DNA of 64,000 bases from Selaginella moellendorffii (taxonomy: Eukaryota; Plantae; Lycopodiophyta): NCBI RefSeq assembly GCF_000143415.4, contig NW_003314366.1:1-64000 (forward strand). Direction: 5' to 3'. Positions 49,405 to 60,005 of this stretch are shown here, piece by piece; within the stretch, counting starts at the first letter, position 1, and every line of letters begins with the position of its first letter. Position numbers and translations under genes: made by a program. The notes beneath the pieces are model-generated. The model made no database searches. It saw nothing but the letters and a program-made list of their open reading frames with translations, and had not been told where the DNA came from.

Positions 49405-51396
49405 TTAAAGTGCGTACTCACCAGGTTCGTAGAGAAGATACTGTTTTTCTTTGGCAACTGTAATTATATGCTCCATTGAAGTCACCTCTTCAATGGAGTT
49501 TGTCACCGCAACACACGGGACACCCTTGAGTAGTGCGGCTCGAAAGAATAGTCCGCCGCAGTTGTACTCGACAACGCATTTGCCCTTGGAGTCACCCGCT
49601 ATTGCGTTGAAGACCCAGCTGAGCATTTCCCATGCTGCACCTGGAGCTTTCTTTGGATTCGAAAGCTCCATAGCCGTCTTCAGTTCCTCAGGCACGGGTA
49701 AATTGACCTCCCTCAGATCAATTCGATCGGCCTTGTCGAACGAAGCTGGGAAGTCACTCCAGTCCCACTCTGCTGCAGGACCAATAACAAGGGCGAGTGT
49801 GAAGATGCGGACATTCGTCGGTATCTTCTTCTTAGCCATTATACCATGGATCTCCCGCATCTCCTTGCCTTTCAACCGAGCCTTCACCTCGTTCAAGGCC
49901 TTCCAGAACTTGTGATAGGATTCGGAGTCGTAGATCATATAGTGGACTGAAGATTCCACCTCCGCAAGTCCCACCATTAAGTCAATGATGGAGCTGACTT
50001 CGTCTGCATGAGTGATCTCCTCGTTTGTGAAGTCCATCACACAAAAGATGTTCTTGACCTGCTCATCTCCGCGGGAAACGATGCTTCTCCACCTTTGATC
50101 CTCATCCGAATTCACGTATACCCGGTAAGGTTCTCGATAGGCCTCTGCTGCGGGGTCGAGCTGTTTCTGAAGCCGGCGGTCGACATCCCTCTTAATGAAA
50201 TTTGGATACTGATCCAACTTCTCAGCTTTACTTTTCGTGGCATCCCGCAGCAGATCGATGAACTTGGGGGCCCCCTTCACGTAGTCGTCGATGTCTTCAT
50301 TTGACAACTCCAGCTCTTCCATCATCTCTTGCGTGGTGTCGATGCTCACCCTCTCCACGGCCACTTGCTCGAAGATCCAATCCTTCAATAGCGCACGAGC
50401 TCTCAGAGTCGTGCACAAGTTCTCGTATGTCACAATATGGCCGGGAGTCATTTTGGTCTTGTTGAAGACTACCTCACCACGTAGAAGAGCATTAGCCACT
50501 GTCAGAAGGTCGTCGTCGTCTAGAGACCGCGAGAAACGCAAGGCGTTGAGCTTCAAATCATTGGGCTTCCGGCCGTCCTCCACACCCATTGAGTTTAGCA
50601 ACTCCCCGTCATGGTACTTCCTCAGCACATCTACCCATTTGTCAAAAACAACTTTTGTCGCGAGTAGAATGTTATGGATGCTGAGTGTGTCATTGACCCC
50701 CAGTGTTTTCGAGAGAAGACTCCAGAATTCCTGCAATGGAAATGGCGTGAGGCCACATGCTATGCCACATGCAACGAGGCTTACCTGCCAGGCGCTAGTT
50801 GCTAGTGCACGTCCTTGTCCTGGTTTTTGTGGCTTCTTCAGTTGAACCCAGAGCTTCCGTGTTCGTGCCAATGTCTCGTGCAGACCCGATTTGTAGCACG
50901 TTTCTTGCTTGACATTCTGCGCGTGGGAGATGTATATGATAGATCGGAGGGGCGAGTTGCCTTTTATCAGGCGGACAACTCTTGTCTTGAAGACTTTCTT
51001 CACCTCCTCGCCCACCATAATATCCACAACTATCTGTTGCATCGCCAAGCTAGAATGCTGCCCGGAGACGGCATAGAACCGGATGTTCTGATCGTCCAAC
51101 ACCTTCCTATTGATCAAGTCTGGAAACCTCGTCTCGCCCTTCATTGTTCGGTAGTAGGGGATCACGTCTGCGATGTCGGGTGTTACTGGACTTGCCAGCA
51201 TCTTCTGCTTCAGTTTCTCCACCCACTCATCAGATACTAGCCTGTGGTTGTATTTGCTTTGGATCTCGATACGGCTCACGTCGATTGTATATACTTTGTT
51301 GGAATAGTAACAACTACTATTCTTCTTGCTCTTTCTGCTCTTTGCGGCTCTTCTTTTTGGTGGGTGTAGTGTTCGAACCCGAGGCAATGGCATCAC
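49405..51396 (-). CDS. ParB/Srx-like N-terminal domain plus degenerate amino-methyltransferase-like C-terminal domain
   Basis: IDVSRI..NHRLVSDEWVEKLKQKM..FYAVSGQHS (ParB/DndB-like GxH); C-terminus NPKKAP..LSWVF..GKCVVEYNCGG..RAALLKGVPCVAV resembles the beta-class MTase SAM region; in-frame 54-bp intron 50731-50784. Confidence 0.6.
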   Translation of the reverse strand: MMPLPRVRTLHPPKRRAAKSRKSKKNSSCYYSNKVYTIDVSRIEIQSKYNHRLVSDEWVEKLKQKMLASPVTPDIADVIPYYRTMKGETRFPDLINRKVLDDQNIRFYAVSGQHSSLAMQQIVVDIMVGEEVKKVFKTRVVRLIKGNSPLRSIIYISHAQNVKQETCYKSGLHETLARTRKLWVQLKKPQKPGQGRALATSAWQVSLVACGIACGLTPFPLQEFWSLLSKTLGVNDTLSIHNILLATKVVFDKWVDVLRKYHDGELLNSMGVEDGRKPNDLKLNALRFSRSLDDDDLLTVANALLRGEVVFNKTKMTPGHIVTYENLCTTLRARALLKDWIFEQVAVERVSIDTTQEMMEELELSNEDIDDYVKGAPKFIDLLRDATKSKAEKLDQYPNFIKRDVDRRLQKQLDPAAEAYREPYRVYVNSDEDQRWRSIVSRGDEQVKNIFCVMDFTNEEITHADEVSSIIDLMVGLAEVESSVHYMIYDSESYHKFWKALNEVKARLKGKEMREIHGIMAKKKIPTNVRIFTLALVIGPAAEWDWSDFPASFDKADRIDLREVNLPVPEELKTAMELSNPKKAPGAAWEMLSWVFNAIAGDSKGKCVVEYNCGGLFFRAALLKGVPCVAVTNSIEEVTSMEHIITVAKEKQYLLYEPGEYAL

Positions 51397-51961
51397 CGAG
51401 TAGCTTCTTTTTTGGAGCAGCAGAGTCGGACGTCGGCTTGAGCTTGACCACCCTTTTCTGCTTCGGGGTAGTTTCCAGATCGACCCCCTTCCCCTTCGCT
51501 TCGCAAACTGGAGGCACTCTCAACGGCTCAATGTTGGAATATAGTTTTTGAACATCGCCGTAGGTGAGGTCCGTGGATTCCATGTGATCTTCATAGACCC
51601 GCAGCGTCTTTGAAATTGTGGGCCTCCTGGACAACCTCTCCCTAGCTCCCTCTAGGAATACCTCATAGCCGCTGCCCCCCTCCGGGAAGCCGCTAGGATG
51701 TGCAAGGTGGATCTTGAAGGCGGACGCTGTCTCTACCACAAGTGCCAGTCCATATTCTTGCATGGAACTGCATGGAGTGTCTGTCACTTGGATGAGGATC
51801 CCCATGCATTCTTTTCTCCCACCATCTGTGTTGTACAGCATCAGATCCTCGCCTTCCATCCCGAAAGTCCAACTGGTGAGCTCCTCCCCCTTCTCTGCAT
51901 CCACATTGACAGTGGCTGGAAGAAGAACGCAATTCCTCGCCTGTTCAGAAATGCACAACAA
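51317..51961 (-). CDS. Unknown domain, probably an upstream exon of the ParB-like gene (frameshift near 51320)
   Basis: 214-aa open frame overlapping the start of 49405..51396 in another frame. Confidence 0.5.
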   Translation of the reverse strand: MLCISEQARNCVLLPATVNVDAEKGEELTSWTFGMEGEDLMLYNTDGGRKECMGILIQVTDTPCSSMQEYGLALVVETASAFKIHLAHPSGFPEGGSGYEVFLEGARERLSRRPTISKTLRVYEDHMESTDLTYGDVQKLYSNIEPLRVPPVCEAKGKGVDLETTPKQKRVVKLKPTSDSAAPKKKLLGDAIASGSNTTPTKKKSRKEQKEQEE

Positions 51962-53781
51962 TTAGAGCTGACAGATGAAAAGCTAGCAGCTGGAAATAAC
52001 GTGAGGCCACACGCCATTCACCACTGCATCAGATGTCTTGAGGCTGCATCCTAAGATGGCGTGAGGCTACACGCCATCTGTAACCGGACTGCACTCGAGA
52101 GCCCAATCGGTGCATGCCAATGTTGCTACTAAATGGCATGTGGCCTCATGCCATTTTCTACTTGGCCTAAAAGACTTACCATTAGAAGCCGAATGGAGGC
52201 CGTGACAATCGAGGCCGGACTCGCTGGCGAATGTGCACTGTGTGTGTAGCGGATCGTAGCAGCAAGGCTACTCTGCCACTTACAGTTGGAGAGTGGTGCT
52301 GAAATCTCCCGGGACGCCAAGTGGGCTGCGTGTGGGTGGCGGAGTGGGCGGCGGAGTTGGCGGCGAAGTTACAAAAGTGGACGCCGATGCACACGAGCGC
52401 GATGCGAGCGCGAGTGTGATGCAAGCGCGAGTGTGATGCAAGCGCGAGTGGACGCCGATGCACACGAGAAACATGTAGAGAAGTGAGCGTGATCGCGAGT
52501 GGGAGCGCGATGCGAGCGGGAGCGCGAGTGTGATGCGAGCGCGAGCGCGAGTGTGCGAGCGCGAGTATGAAGCAAAATGCAAAACCTAACCTCACACGCG
52601 CGAAATGTCACAACGGTTGGTAATCCCGCCACGTCATCATTCCTCGGACTTGGGCGCCACCATTAATTTCTGGATTGCCGCGCGCATGCAAGCATGCAAA
52701 ATCCAAAAGAAATCCGCAACGTCATCATTCCTCAGACTGCATGCACGCGAAATCCAAAAGAAAGATCATGATTGGGATATCATTTAATACCCTCGCTATA
52801 TTTATACCATGCATGATTGGATATTCCAAAGCATCTTGTATTTCCAAAAATGGCAGATGTTCAGCTAAATAAAGAAATTCTATCTGTTTCTATTTTTCTC
52901 TCAAATCAATATTATAGCGTGTGGGCTCATGCAATTTTGAACCAAAGAAACCCAAAAAACGTTGGACCCAAAATATTTTGAAAAAACCCAAAAAACCCTA
53001 AACATTTTAAACCCAAAAATCTAGGCGTCCTGTGGCGTTATTCCTTGAATGGCGTGTGGGCGCATGCCATTTTCAGGGCCAAATGCTGAATGGAGAAAAA
53101 TTCCCTTTCAGTGCAAATGCTGCAAGAGGCAGATGCCGAGCACAAAGGACTGTAACTACCTCACATGACACAGATAAACTTTTCTCTATTTGGCAAAGAT
53201 AAACTTTATAGCGTGTGGGCTCATGCAATTTTGAACCCAAAAAATGCACCAAAAAATTCTCGGCGTCATCTGGCATTATCTCTTGAATGGCGTGGGGCCG
53301 CATGCCATTTTCAGGGGCACATAGGAGTATATTCCTAGAATATTCTGACACGCGCGAGATTTTTTTGAGTTTTCTGGAGATCCAACCGTTAGATCGCAAC
53401 TAAATTTTACAGAATGGTATACAATGTCTTTCTTGATGACTCTGCAAAGAAGCATCTCGATCGGACACCACATGAGACCACACGAGCCTTACAATGTTTC
53501 AGGGGCATTTGCCATAGATCCGACCGTTATTTTTCTCCAAGATTTTACAGTTTGGTGTGCATTGACCTTTCCATCGACACTGCAAAGGGACATCACAATC
53601 AGATGCGGGATCACAAGAAACTAACTTCACTAACTCTGGTTTCACCAAGATCTACGTAAGGAGTTATGAAATGAAAGGACCCTCTCTATTGAAATGTGTT
53701 TATGGTCCTAGGGGCATTGTGACATATCAAAGGATTTTGCATCAAGTTTTGTATTTGCATGTTTATCAAGCTACTGAATTG

Positions 53782-53815
53782 CTAAACCCTAAACCCTAAA
53801 CCCTAAACCCTAAAC
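53782..53815 (+). repeat. Interstitial telomeric/telobox array inside the DNA transposon
   Basis: CTAAACCCTAAACCCTAAACCCTAAACCCTAAAC. Confidence 0.85.
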
Positions 53816-54971
53816 ATGTGGCAAATGCTGCGTGAAGAAAGATGCCCTTTCTGGGCAAATGCTGTAAGAGGCAGATGCCGAGCAGATGTATCTCAGGCTA
53901 GCAAAGGGGACAAACGAAAGCTAGCTATAAACATGACGGGATGCAAATAGATTACTAGGCTGGTCCTACGAAAATCAAAAACCATAATTGAAAACATTGA
54001 AAATGCAAAAAGAAAGGTTTATAATATTTTTGAATTTTAAGCAACCAAAGGAATGTAAGTAGGGCATGTGTTTGTAAGTTTAAAAATGCCTCAACCACTT
54101 AAATTCCCAAGTAAATAAAGCTGTTTCTATTTTTGGTACAGGTAAACTTTATAGCGTGTGGGCTCATGCAATTTTGAACCCAGAAATGCACCAAAAAATG
54201 CTCGACTAGCATTATTCTTTGAATGGCGTGTGGCCTTATGTCGAGCATTATTCTTTGAATGGCGTGTGGCCTTATATTGCCATAAATGGACGTACACACA
54301 CAGCATAATTATTCCTTTACACGTCGAATAATCTTGGCGCGGATCGCTGACATGGCATGGCAAAGTTCGAATCACTGACATGGCACAGCTGGATCGAGGC
54401 AAGGACATGATGTGACAAAGTTCAACCTCCGACAGCAAAGTCTAGAAGCTACTCAGTTTGAAATTTGTCAGAGGAATCATAAGATCTGGTTTGTCAGAGG
54501 ATTTGATGTGACGTTCAAGCGTGTGTTATTTTTGAATTCTCGAACTCATTCCTAGGTCTATCATTTTTGTGCGCCGTGTTCTTGGTTCCGCTGAGCGCAG
54601 TGAGCGCTGCTTGTGTAAGCGGCGTTGTGGGCTGTGGTTTATGCGTCTACGAGCGGTTGCGGCATTGCGAGCGCCATTGCGAGCGGCAGTTTATGCGAGT
54701 GGCAGTTTGTGCGAGCGGCGCTACGAGCAGTTGCGGTGTTGCGAGCGGCGCTACGAGTAGTTGCGGTGTTGCGAGCGGCACTGTCTTTGGTGTGGCTACC
54801 GCTTCCTCTTGATATTCGGCACTTGTGCTTCCTGGTATGTTCACCATGGAATGGCTTAGGACCACATTTAGAAATGGCATGAGGCCACATGCCATCTTGG
54901 GCCCTTGCAATTTCATGGCTAGCGTATTGTCATGTATGTTTTTACTTGCCTGCAGCTGTGTGTATATCAAG

Positions 54972-55163
54972 ATGGCATGAGGCCTCATGCCATCTTTGGC
55001 CCCTACTAGCCTATTGCCATATTCCTTTTGCCTTGCTGCAATTGTATATATTTTTGTATGGGTGACTAGTCACGCACACAAAAATATATACAGTTGCAGC
55101 AAGGCAAAAGGAATATAGCAACAGGCTAGCAGGGGCCAAAGATAGCGTGAGGCCTCATGCCAT
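54972..55163. repeat. About 190-bp near-perfect palindrome upstream of the transposase
   Basis: Arms centred on GTGACTAGTCAC (about 55061-55072) and bounded by two 22-bp motifs. Confidence 0.85.
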
Positions 55164-55348
55164 TAGTGCCACTAATGGCATGAGGGCTCATGCCAATTTT
55201 GTGAATGCGAAATTTCACGTGGGTGTCAATAGCATGTTTGAATAATGGCATGTGGCCTCATGCTATTGAGGTTGTTTGGTATGTTATGATTTAGGCCATT
55301 CTCCAATCATTTTTTGTATGGTCTTAACTTCTTTTCTGCACTTTCAGA

Positions 55349-58300
55349 ATGGCCTTCAGGGTTGGGGAAAAGGTTTACATTTTGAATGGTGGGAAGAGAG
55401 TTGCAAAAGGGACCCTTGTGTCTATGGATCGGAACTTTGTTATACACTGTCAAAGGCTTGGGGAAGGCAATGCTGCTGTATCAGTAGAGACTGTCTTCGA
55501 TGGGAATGTGGTCGCTATTGAACGAGGAGAGATGGTCGTCGGGGTAAATGTTGTTGTTGCCTTGAAAAATCTTCAGAAGAAAGCAGATGTTGGGGACAGC
55601 GCAAGTGCGACGCATGTTCCCTCCGTGGATCTTAAGAACCGTGCTACATGGATTCAGGCAAAGGTGTTTCTAAACAACCCCGAGGGGGAGGTGGTAGCTG
55701 AGGGCTTAGCCACAGTTGTCGATCCAAGAGATGCGGTTGCTAATCAAGAATTGGGCTGGGATGATATTGGAGTTGCGATTTTAGAGGTTGTTGACACAGA
55801 AGAAAACAGTCTGACTATTGGAAGCATTGTGCGGTGGAAATTGAGGCACTTAGTGTTTGAGAATGTGAAGGATTCACAATCAAACACCACTACAACTGAT
55901 GACAGAACATCTCTTCATGGGAAAAGAAAGTACACCTTCCTAAAGCGCAGCCAAAGGGATCTGAGCAACGAACCGAAAAGGCAGAAAATGGCGATGGAGG
56001 TTCGAATGGTCTCGACAGTTGCTTGTTGCAAGAGGAGGTGCTGTCAACATGCTGATTGGGATGCTATTGAAGAGGAGAGAGCAAGATACAAGACATTGTC
56101 CTGGAAGGCAGCTCGCAATTTTGTGTATGAGGCATTACGGTCATCTGTTGATGCTTCAGAACATCAGGTGGGGGGCATGGTCTTCCAGAGGGGTTTGGTC
56201 TGCATGAAGGCATGGAGAATCATTTATGGAGTCCCTCGAAGCACATTCTACAGAATCAAAACTGAGTTCGAGGAACAAAGGGTTCAACAGGTAGTCCATG
56301 GGAACGACGGTACGCACAAAACCAGGGGTCATGTTGTATATGGAGAGGCAATCTTCAAGAGGTTTGTCGAGACATGTAGCGAGCAGCAACCACATAAAAC
56401 CCGCCTCTTGGAAGATGGAACACGAGACACCCAACGAGTTCTCCCTTCCATGTATACCAAGGGGGCCATATTGGAAGATGTGAATCGGGAACTCCAGAGT
56501 AATGGCTACAGGAAGCTGAGCCAATCTAGATTTAGTAGATTGTGGAGCAACAAGTTCAGGGATGTGAGTATAGGAAAGTACTCTAGCTTTTCAAAGTGTG
56601 ACGAGTGCACTGCTATCAAAATGGCTTTGTCGAAGAATTCTTGCAGCGCTCAAGAGCGAGAGACGTTGGTTAGAAGGCGGCTCGACCACAACATCGAGCA
56701 GAGAAGCTGCAGGACTGCATATTATCATAACAGGATTCTCTCCATGGAGAGACCTGACTCTTACCTCTGCATCATCCACGACAAAATGGACCAGAAAAAG
56801 ACGTGCTTACCTCGACTCAATCCTGCCCCCAAGGCAATCTCTTCATCCATGCAGCTGCCTGTGTCTCTGTTTGGCATAATCGCTCATGGGCATGGTGCCC
56901 AGAACTATGGGAACTTCTTTGTACCTCTATGGGGTGGCGGGGGTGCAAACATGATGATTGCGTCCCTAGCAAAACACTTAAGGTCTCTGCAAAGTGCGCA
57001 GACTGAGCTGAACGGCCAACCCTTGCATAAGGCCCTTGTCGATCGAACCCCATACAGGGTTCAGCTGGAGGAGGAGCAAAGGCTTGCAGTATCGCGTGGG
57101 GCCCCATGCCATCCCAGTGAATATGTTGGCCGTCAGATTGTAGGGTTATCATGTGAGGCCTCATGCCATTCCGACGAGGCTGGTCGCCCGGTGAATGCAC
57201 AGCCTCATCCAAACGAAGCAGAATCTCAAGGAAGTTCTTGCGGCCGATGTGGCCTTCCACCCCATTTTCTGCTCCAAACAGACAATGCTGGCAGTGAGAA
57301 CAAAAACATGTACGTCTTTGCGTACTTGGCGATGCTTGTTGCCAAAGGCATATTTGAAACGGTTACACTTGGCTTTCTCATGGTTGGGCACACTCATGAA
57401 GACGTGGATGCCATGTTCAGTCACCTGGCAGAGTCCCTCCGGCGATCCAATGTCCTCACCCTCCCACAACTCTACGATGAATTCCAAAATTGCATCAAAG
57501 GCACTGTTGAAGCTGCACTTCTGACAGAGGTTCCAGACTTTAAGGGGTTTGTAAGAGGCTACATCAGGGACGGATCCGAAATGCTGATTGGCCACTCCAA
57601 GCCTCTTCAGTTTCATTTCAGCATGCGTGACGGTGCTCCAGTGATGAGGTACAAGATGAAAGAATGGGACACAGTGTGGCTGCCAGTGGACGGCATTGAA
57701 CTCTTCAAGAGAGATCCCATAACTGGGGAACCTATGATTCCTCAGGGTTCCCCACGGCCGATGCACCCGGATGGACTCAAAGACCAGGAAAGTATAGTGG
57801 CCGGGATTAGACAGCATATTGCCTTCTGGAAGAGGGGGTTGGTGTTTGGTGGAGAATCCTATTTTCAGAGGTGCAAGCCTTTGCTCGAATACTGGGAGAA
57901 GATTATATCTGCTATCCAAAATGGGCCGGTTGTATATGAAGAATTGGAAGAGTCCTTTTGGCCAGAACCCAGAGCACCAGATAGTAGCGAAACAATGTCC
58001 TCTGGAAATGCAGTGACAGATAACGATGTTGAGGATCATTATTGTGGGCCGAGGAACAAGAAGCCGGATTCAGCATTCAATCCAGTACAGGTCTGCAAAG
58101 GAATGGTCGTGCTTGTCAGACCCAGTAATAAAAAACAAATGATATGGGTGGGGCGCTGCATCACTGATGCAGAGGAGGACGCGGAAACTAACTCCTTCAA
58201 TGTAACTGTGGAGTGGTTCAAGCCAAGTTCCGGATATACGAAGGATTGCCTAGAAAAGAGATGGGTGTTGAATCCAAGGGATCCCAGCATGAGCATATTG

Positions 58301-58417
58301 GTGGATAATGTTGTGCATGGTTGGATGCGGAAGCAGAGTGCCACCATCACCTTGCCAGACCATGCAAGAGATGCAGCAAGAGCATTCATAACCCGGGTTC
58401 AAGGTGAGATTCATTAA
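55349..58417 (+). CDS. DDE transposase, Sola-like (DUF7869-type), 1022 aa
   Basis: FSKCDEC, IIHDKMDQ, LLQTDNAGSENKN, FLMVGHTHEDVDAMFS; two N-terminal SH3-like repeats and a C-terminal Tudor/BAH-like segment; enclosed by TIRs. Confidence 0.82.
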   Translation: MAFRVGEKVYILNGGKRVAKGTLVSMDRNFVIHCQRLGEGNAAVSVETVFDGNVVAIERGEMVVGVNVVVALKNLQKKADVGDSASATHVPSVDLKNRATWIQAKVFLNNPEGEVVAEGLATVVDPRDAVANQELGWDDIGVAILEVVDTEENSLTIGSIVRWKLRHLVFENVKDSQSNTTTTDDRTSLHGKRKYTFLKRSQRDLSNEPKRQKMAMEVRMVSTVACCKRRCCQHADWDAIEEERARYKTLSWKAARNFVYEALRSSVDASEHQVGGMVFQRGLVCMKAWRIIYGVPRSTFYRIKTEFEEQRVQQVVHGNDGTHKTRGHVVYGEAIFKRFVETCSEQQPHKTRLLEDGTRDTQRVLPSMYTKGAILEDVNRELQSNGYRKLSQSRFSRLWSNKFRDVSIGKYSSFSKCDECTAIKMALSKNSCSAQERETLVRRRLDHNIEQRSCRTAYYHNRILSMERPDSYLCIIHDKMDQKKTCLPRLNPAPKAISSSMQLPVSLFGIIAHGHGAQNYGNFFVPLWGGGGANMMIASLAKHLRSLQSAQTELNGQPLHKALVDRTPYRVQLEEEQRLAVSRGAPCHPSEYVGRQIVGLSCEASCHSDEAGRPVNAQPHPNEAESQGSSCGRCGLPPHFLLQTDNAGSENKNMYVFAYLAMLVAKGIFETVTLGFLMVGHTHEDVDAMFSHLAESLRRSNVLTLPQLYDEFQNCIKGTVEAALLTEVPDFKGFVRGYIRDGSEMLIGHSKPLQFHFSMRDGAPVMRYKMKEWDTVWLPVDGIELFKRDPITGEPMIPQGSPRPMHPDGLKDQESIVAGIRQHIAFWKRGLVFGGESYFQRCKPLLEYWEKIISAIQNGPVVYEELEESFWPEPRAPDSSETMSSGNAVTDNDVEDHYCGPRNKKPDSAFNPVQVCKGMVVLVRPSNKKQMIWVGRCITDAEEDAETNSFNVTVEWFKPSSGYTKDCLEKRWVLNPRDPSMSILVDNVVHGWMRKQSATITLPDHARDAARAFITRVQGEIH

Positions 58418-60005
58418 TATTCCTTTACTAAGTTTCTAATGTATTTTATTTCAAGGTGAACAATCCGAATCTGAATAAGAGGAGGCGTGATGGCATGTGG
58501 CCTTACGCCATTCCTAGGTGAGATGATACAAATAACAAGTATAAATTCTTAGTTGTTCTAGCAAATCTTAAGGTGAACAAGCCGAATATGAATTCATCGG
58601 ATTGTTATAACAAATTGCGAGGTGATGGCATGAGGCGATACGCCATTTGAGAGTGGTAGCCATTCCTATATGAGGTGAGTGAAATATTTATTAGAAATAC
58701 CTCATTCAATTGTGCACTTCTAAGTCTTGGTCCACTCAGTACTGTTTGCATGTTTTTATTTTAATTCTTTATCTAAAATGTTATTTAGCATGTGGCTTCA
58801 TGCCATTGCTCTCCACAATCATGCATTGAATTTTTCTATCCTTGCATAATACTTCTCCATATATATAGCATGTGCGCACATGTGATATGGTTCATTAGGC
58901 CTGATATAGTGTGTGAGGTAAAACAAAGATGATGTGACATATGCATTTACCAATCACACGTGCATAAATCTAATAATATGGCGTGTGGCCCATATTATTA
59001 GATTTATTGTACCATCATTCCCTTGCAGCGTGTGTGTTGGTTTCCTTTTATAACACAACGAACTCCATATTTTAGGGTGAAGAGCGTTCTCATGGCAAGC
59101 ACAAAATCTGTAAGTGAGGCAGAAAAGGAGACGGAGAAGGAGATAGGTGAAGATGTAGAATATATAAGTCTTCCAAACTCCCCGTACTATACTCCAGGTG
59201 ATCATTTTTCTGAACAAACGGCAACATTAACAACTATCGAGAACGCCCCAGTAACGTCAGAGACAACAATCCAAAGCAAAACAACTGACCCGGAGAAGGA
59301 TGATAGTACCGCTGAGAGTACCAAAAAGGAGGTGTCCACTAGCGCTTAGGCTTATAATGGCGTGTGCCCTCATGCCATTTACTTGATCACCAAATACCTT
59401 TTTCCCTTTGCACTAGTATATCTTAATACCGGTCTGAGAAATAGAATGGCATGTGCCCTCAGGACTTTTACTAAATCACCTTTGAAAGGCAAGCCTCTAT
59501 GTCGTAAAAAAAAGGTACTAGAGAAATTCCTTAATAATATGAATGCTATTTAGTTTCATGAAAATACACTAAGGGTCAAATGAGTTAAACGACTTCTCCA
59601 GACTAGCAATGCCTCTTGCTACACCTTCACAATTAGATTCGTTAGAAAAAGATAACATTGAATAATATCTAAATGTTCTCACCATTAAGTTATATGTCTA
59701 GCTAATAGGAATGACGTTCATCTTGGAAAGCTCACCACACGCTCAATGAACAAACAAATAGTGTGTGCGTGCATGCCATCGCTCTTCTTTAGCTTCAGAT
59801 TCGGCTTGTTCACCTTGACAATGAGATTTATTATACAACCAGATGGACTCAGTCTGGACACAAAGTCACCGCGCTAGTCACCATGCCCCAGATATGTCTA
59901 GCCCCTGGACAAAAAACATATAATTTCACGTCATTTTCAAATACTTGAAAATTTGTACCTAGTCCCATTTTACTGAATAAATCCCACTTTAACGAAATAG
60001 AGCTT

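Larger units (their letters stand above)
46177..60005. mobile_element. 13.8-kb TIR DNA transposon (Sola-like DDE) with accessory genes
   Basis: Perfect 24-bp TIR AAGCTCTATTTCGTTAAAGTGGGA at 46177-46200 and its reverse complement at 59982-60005; retroelement homology stops at both TIRs; transposase inside. Confidence 0.88.
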
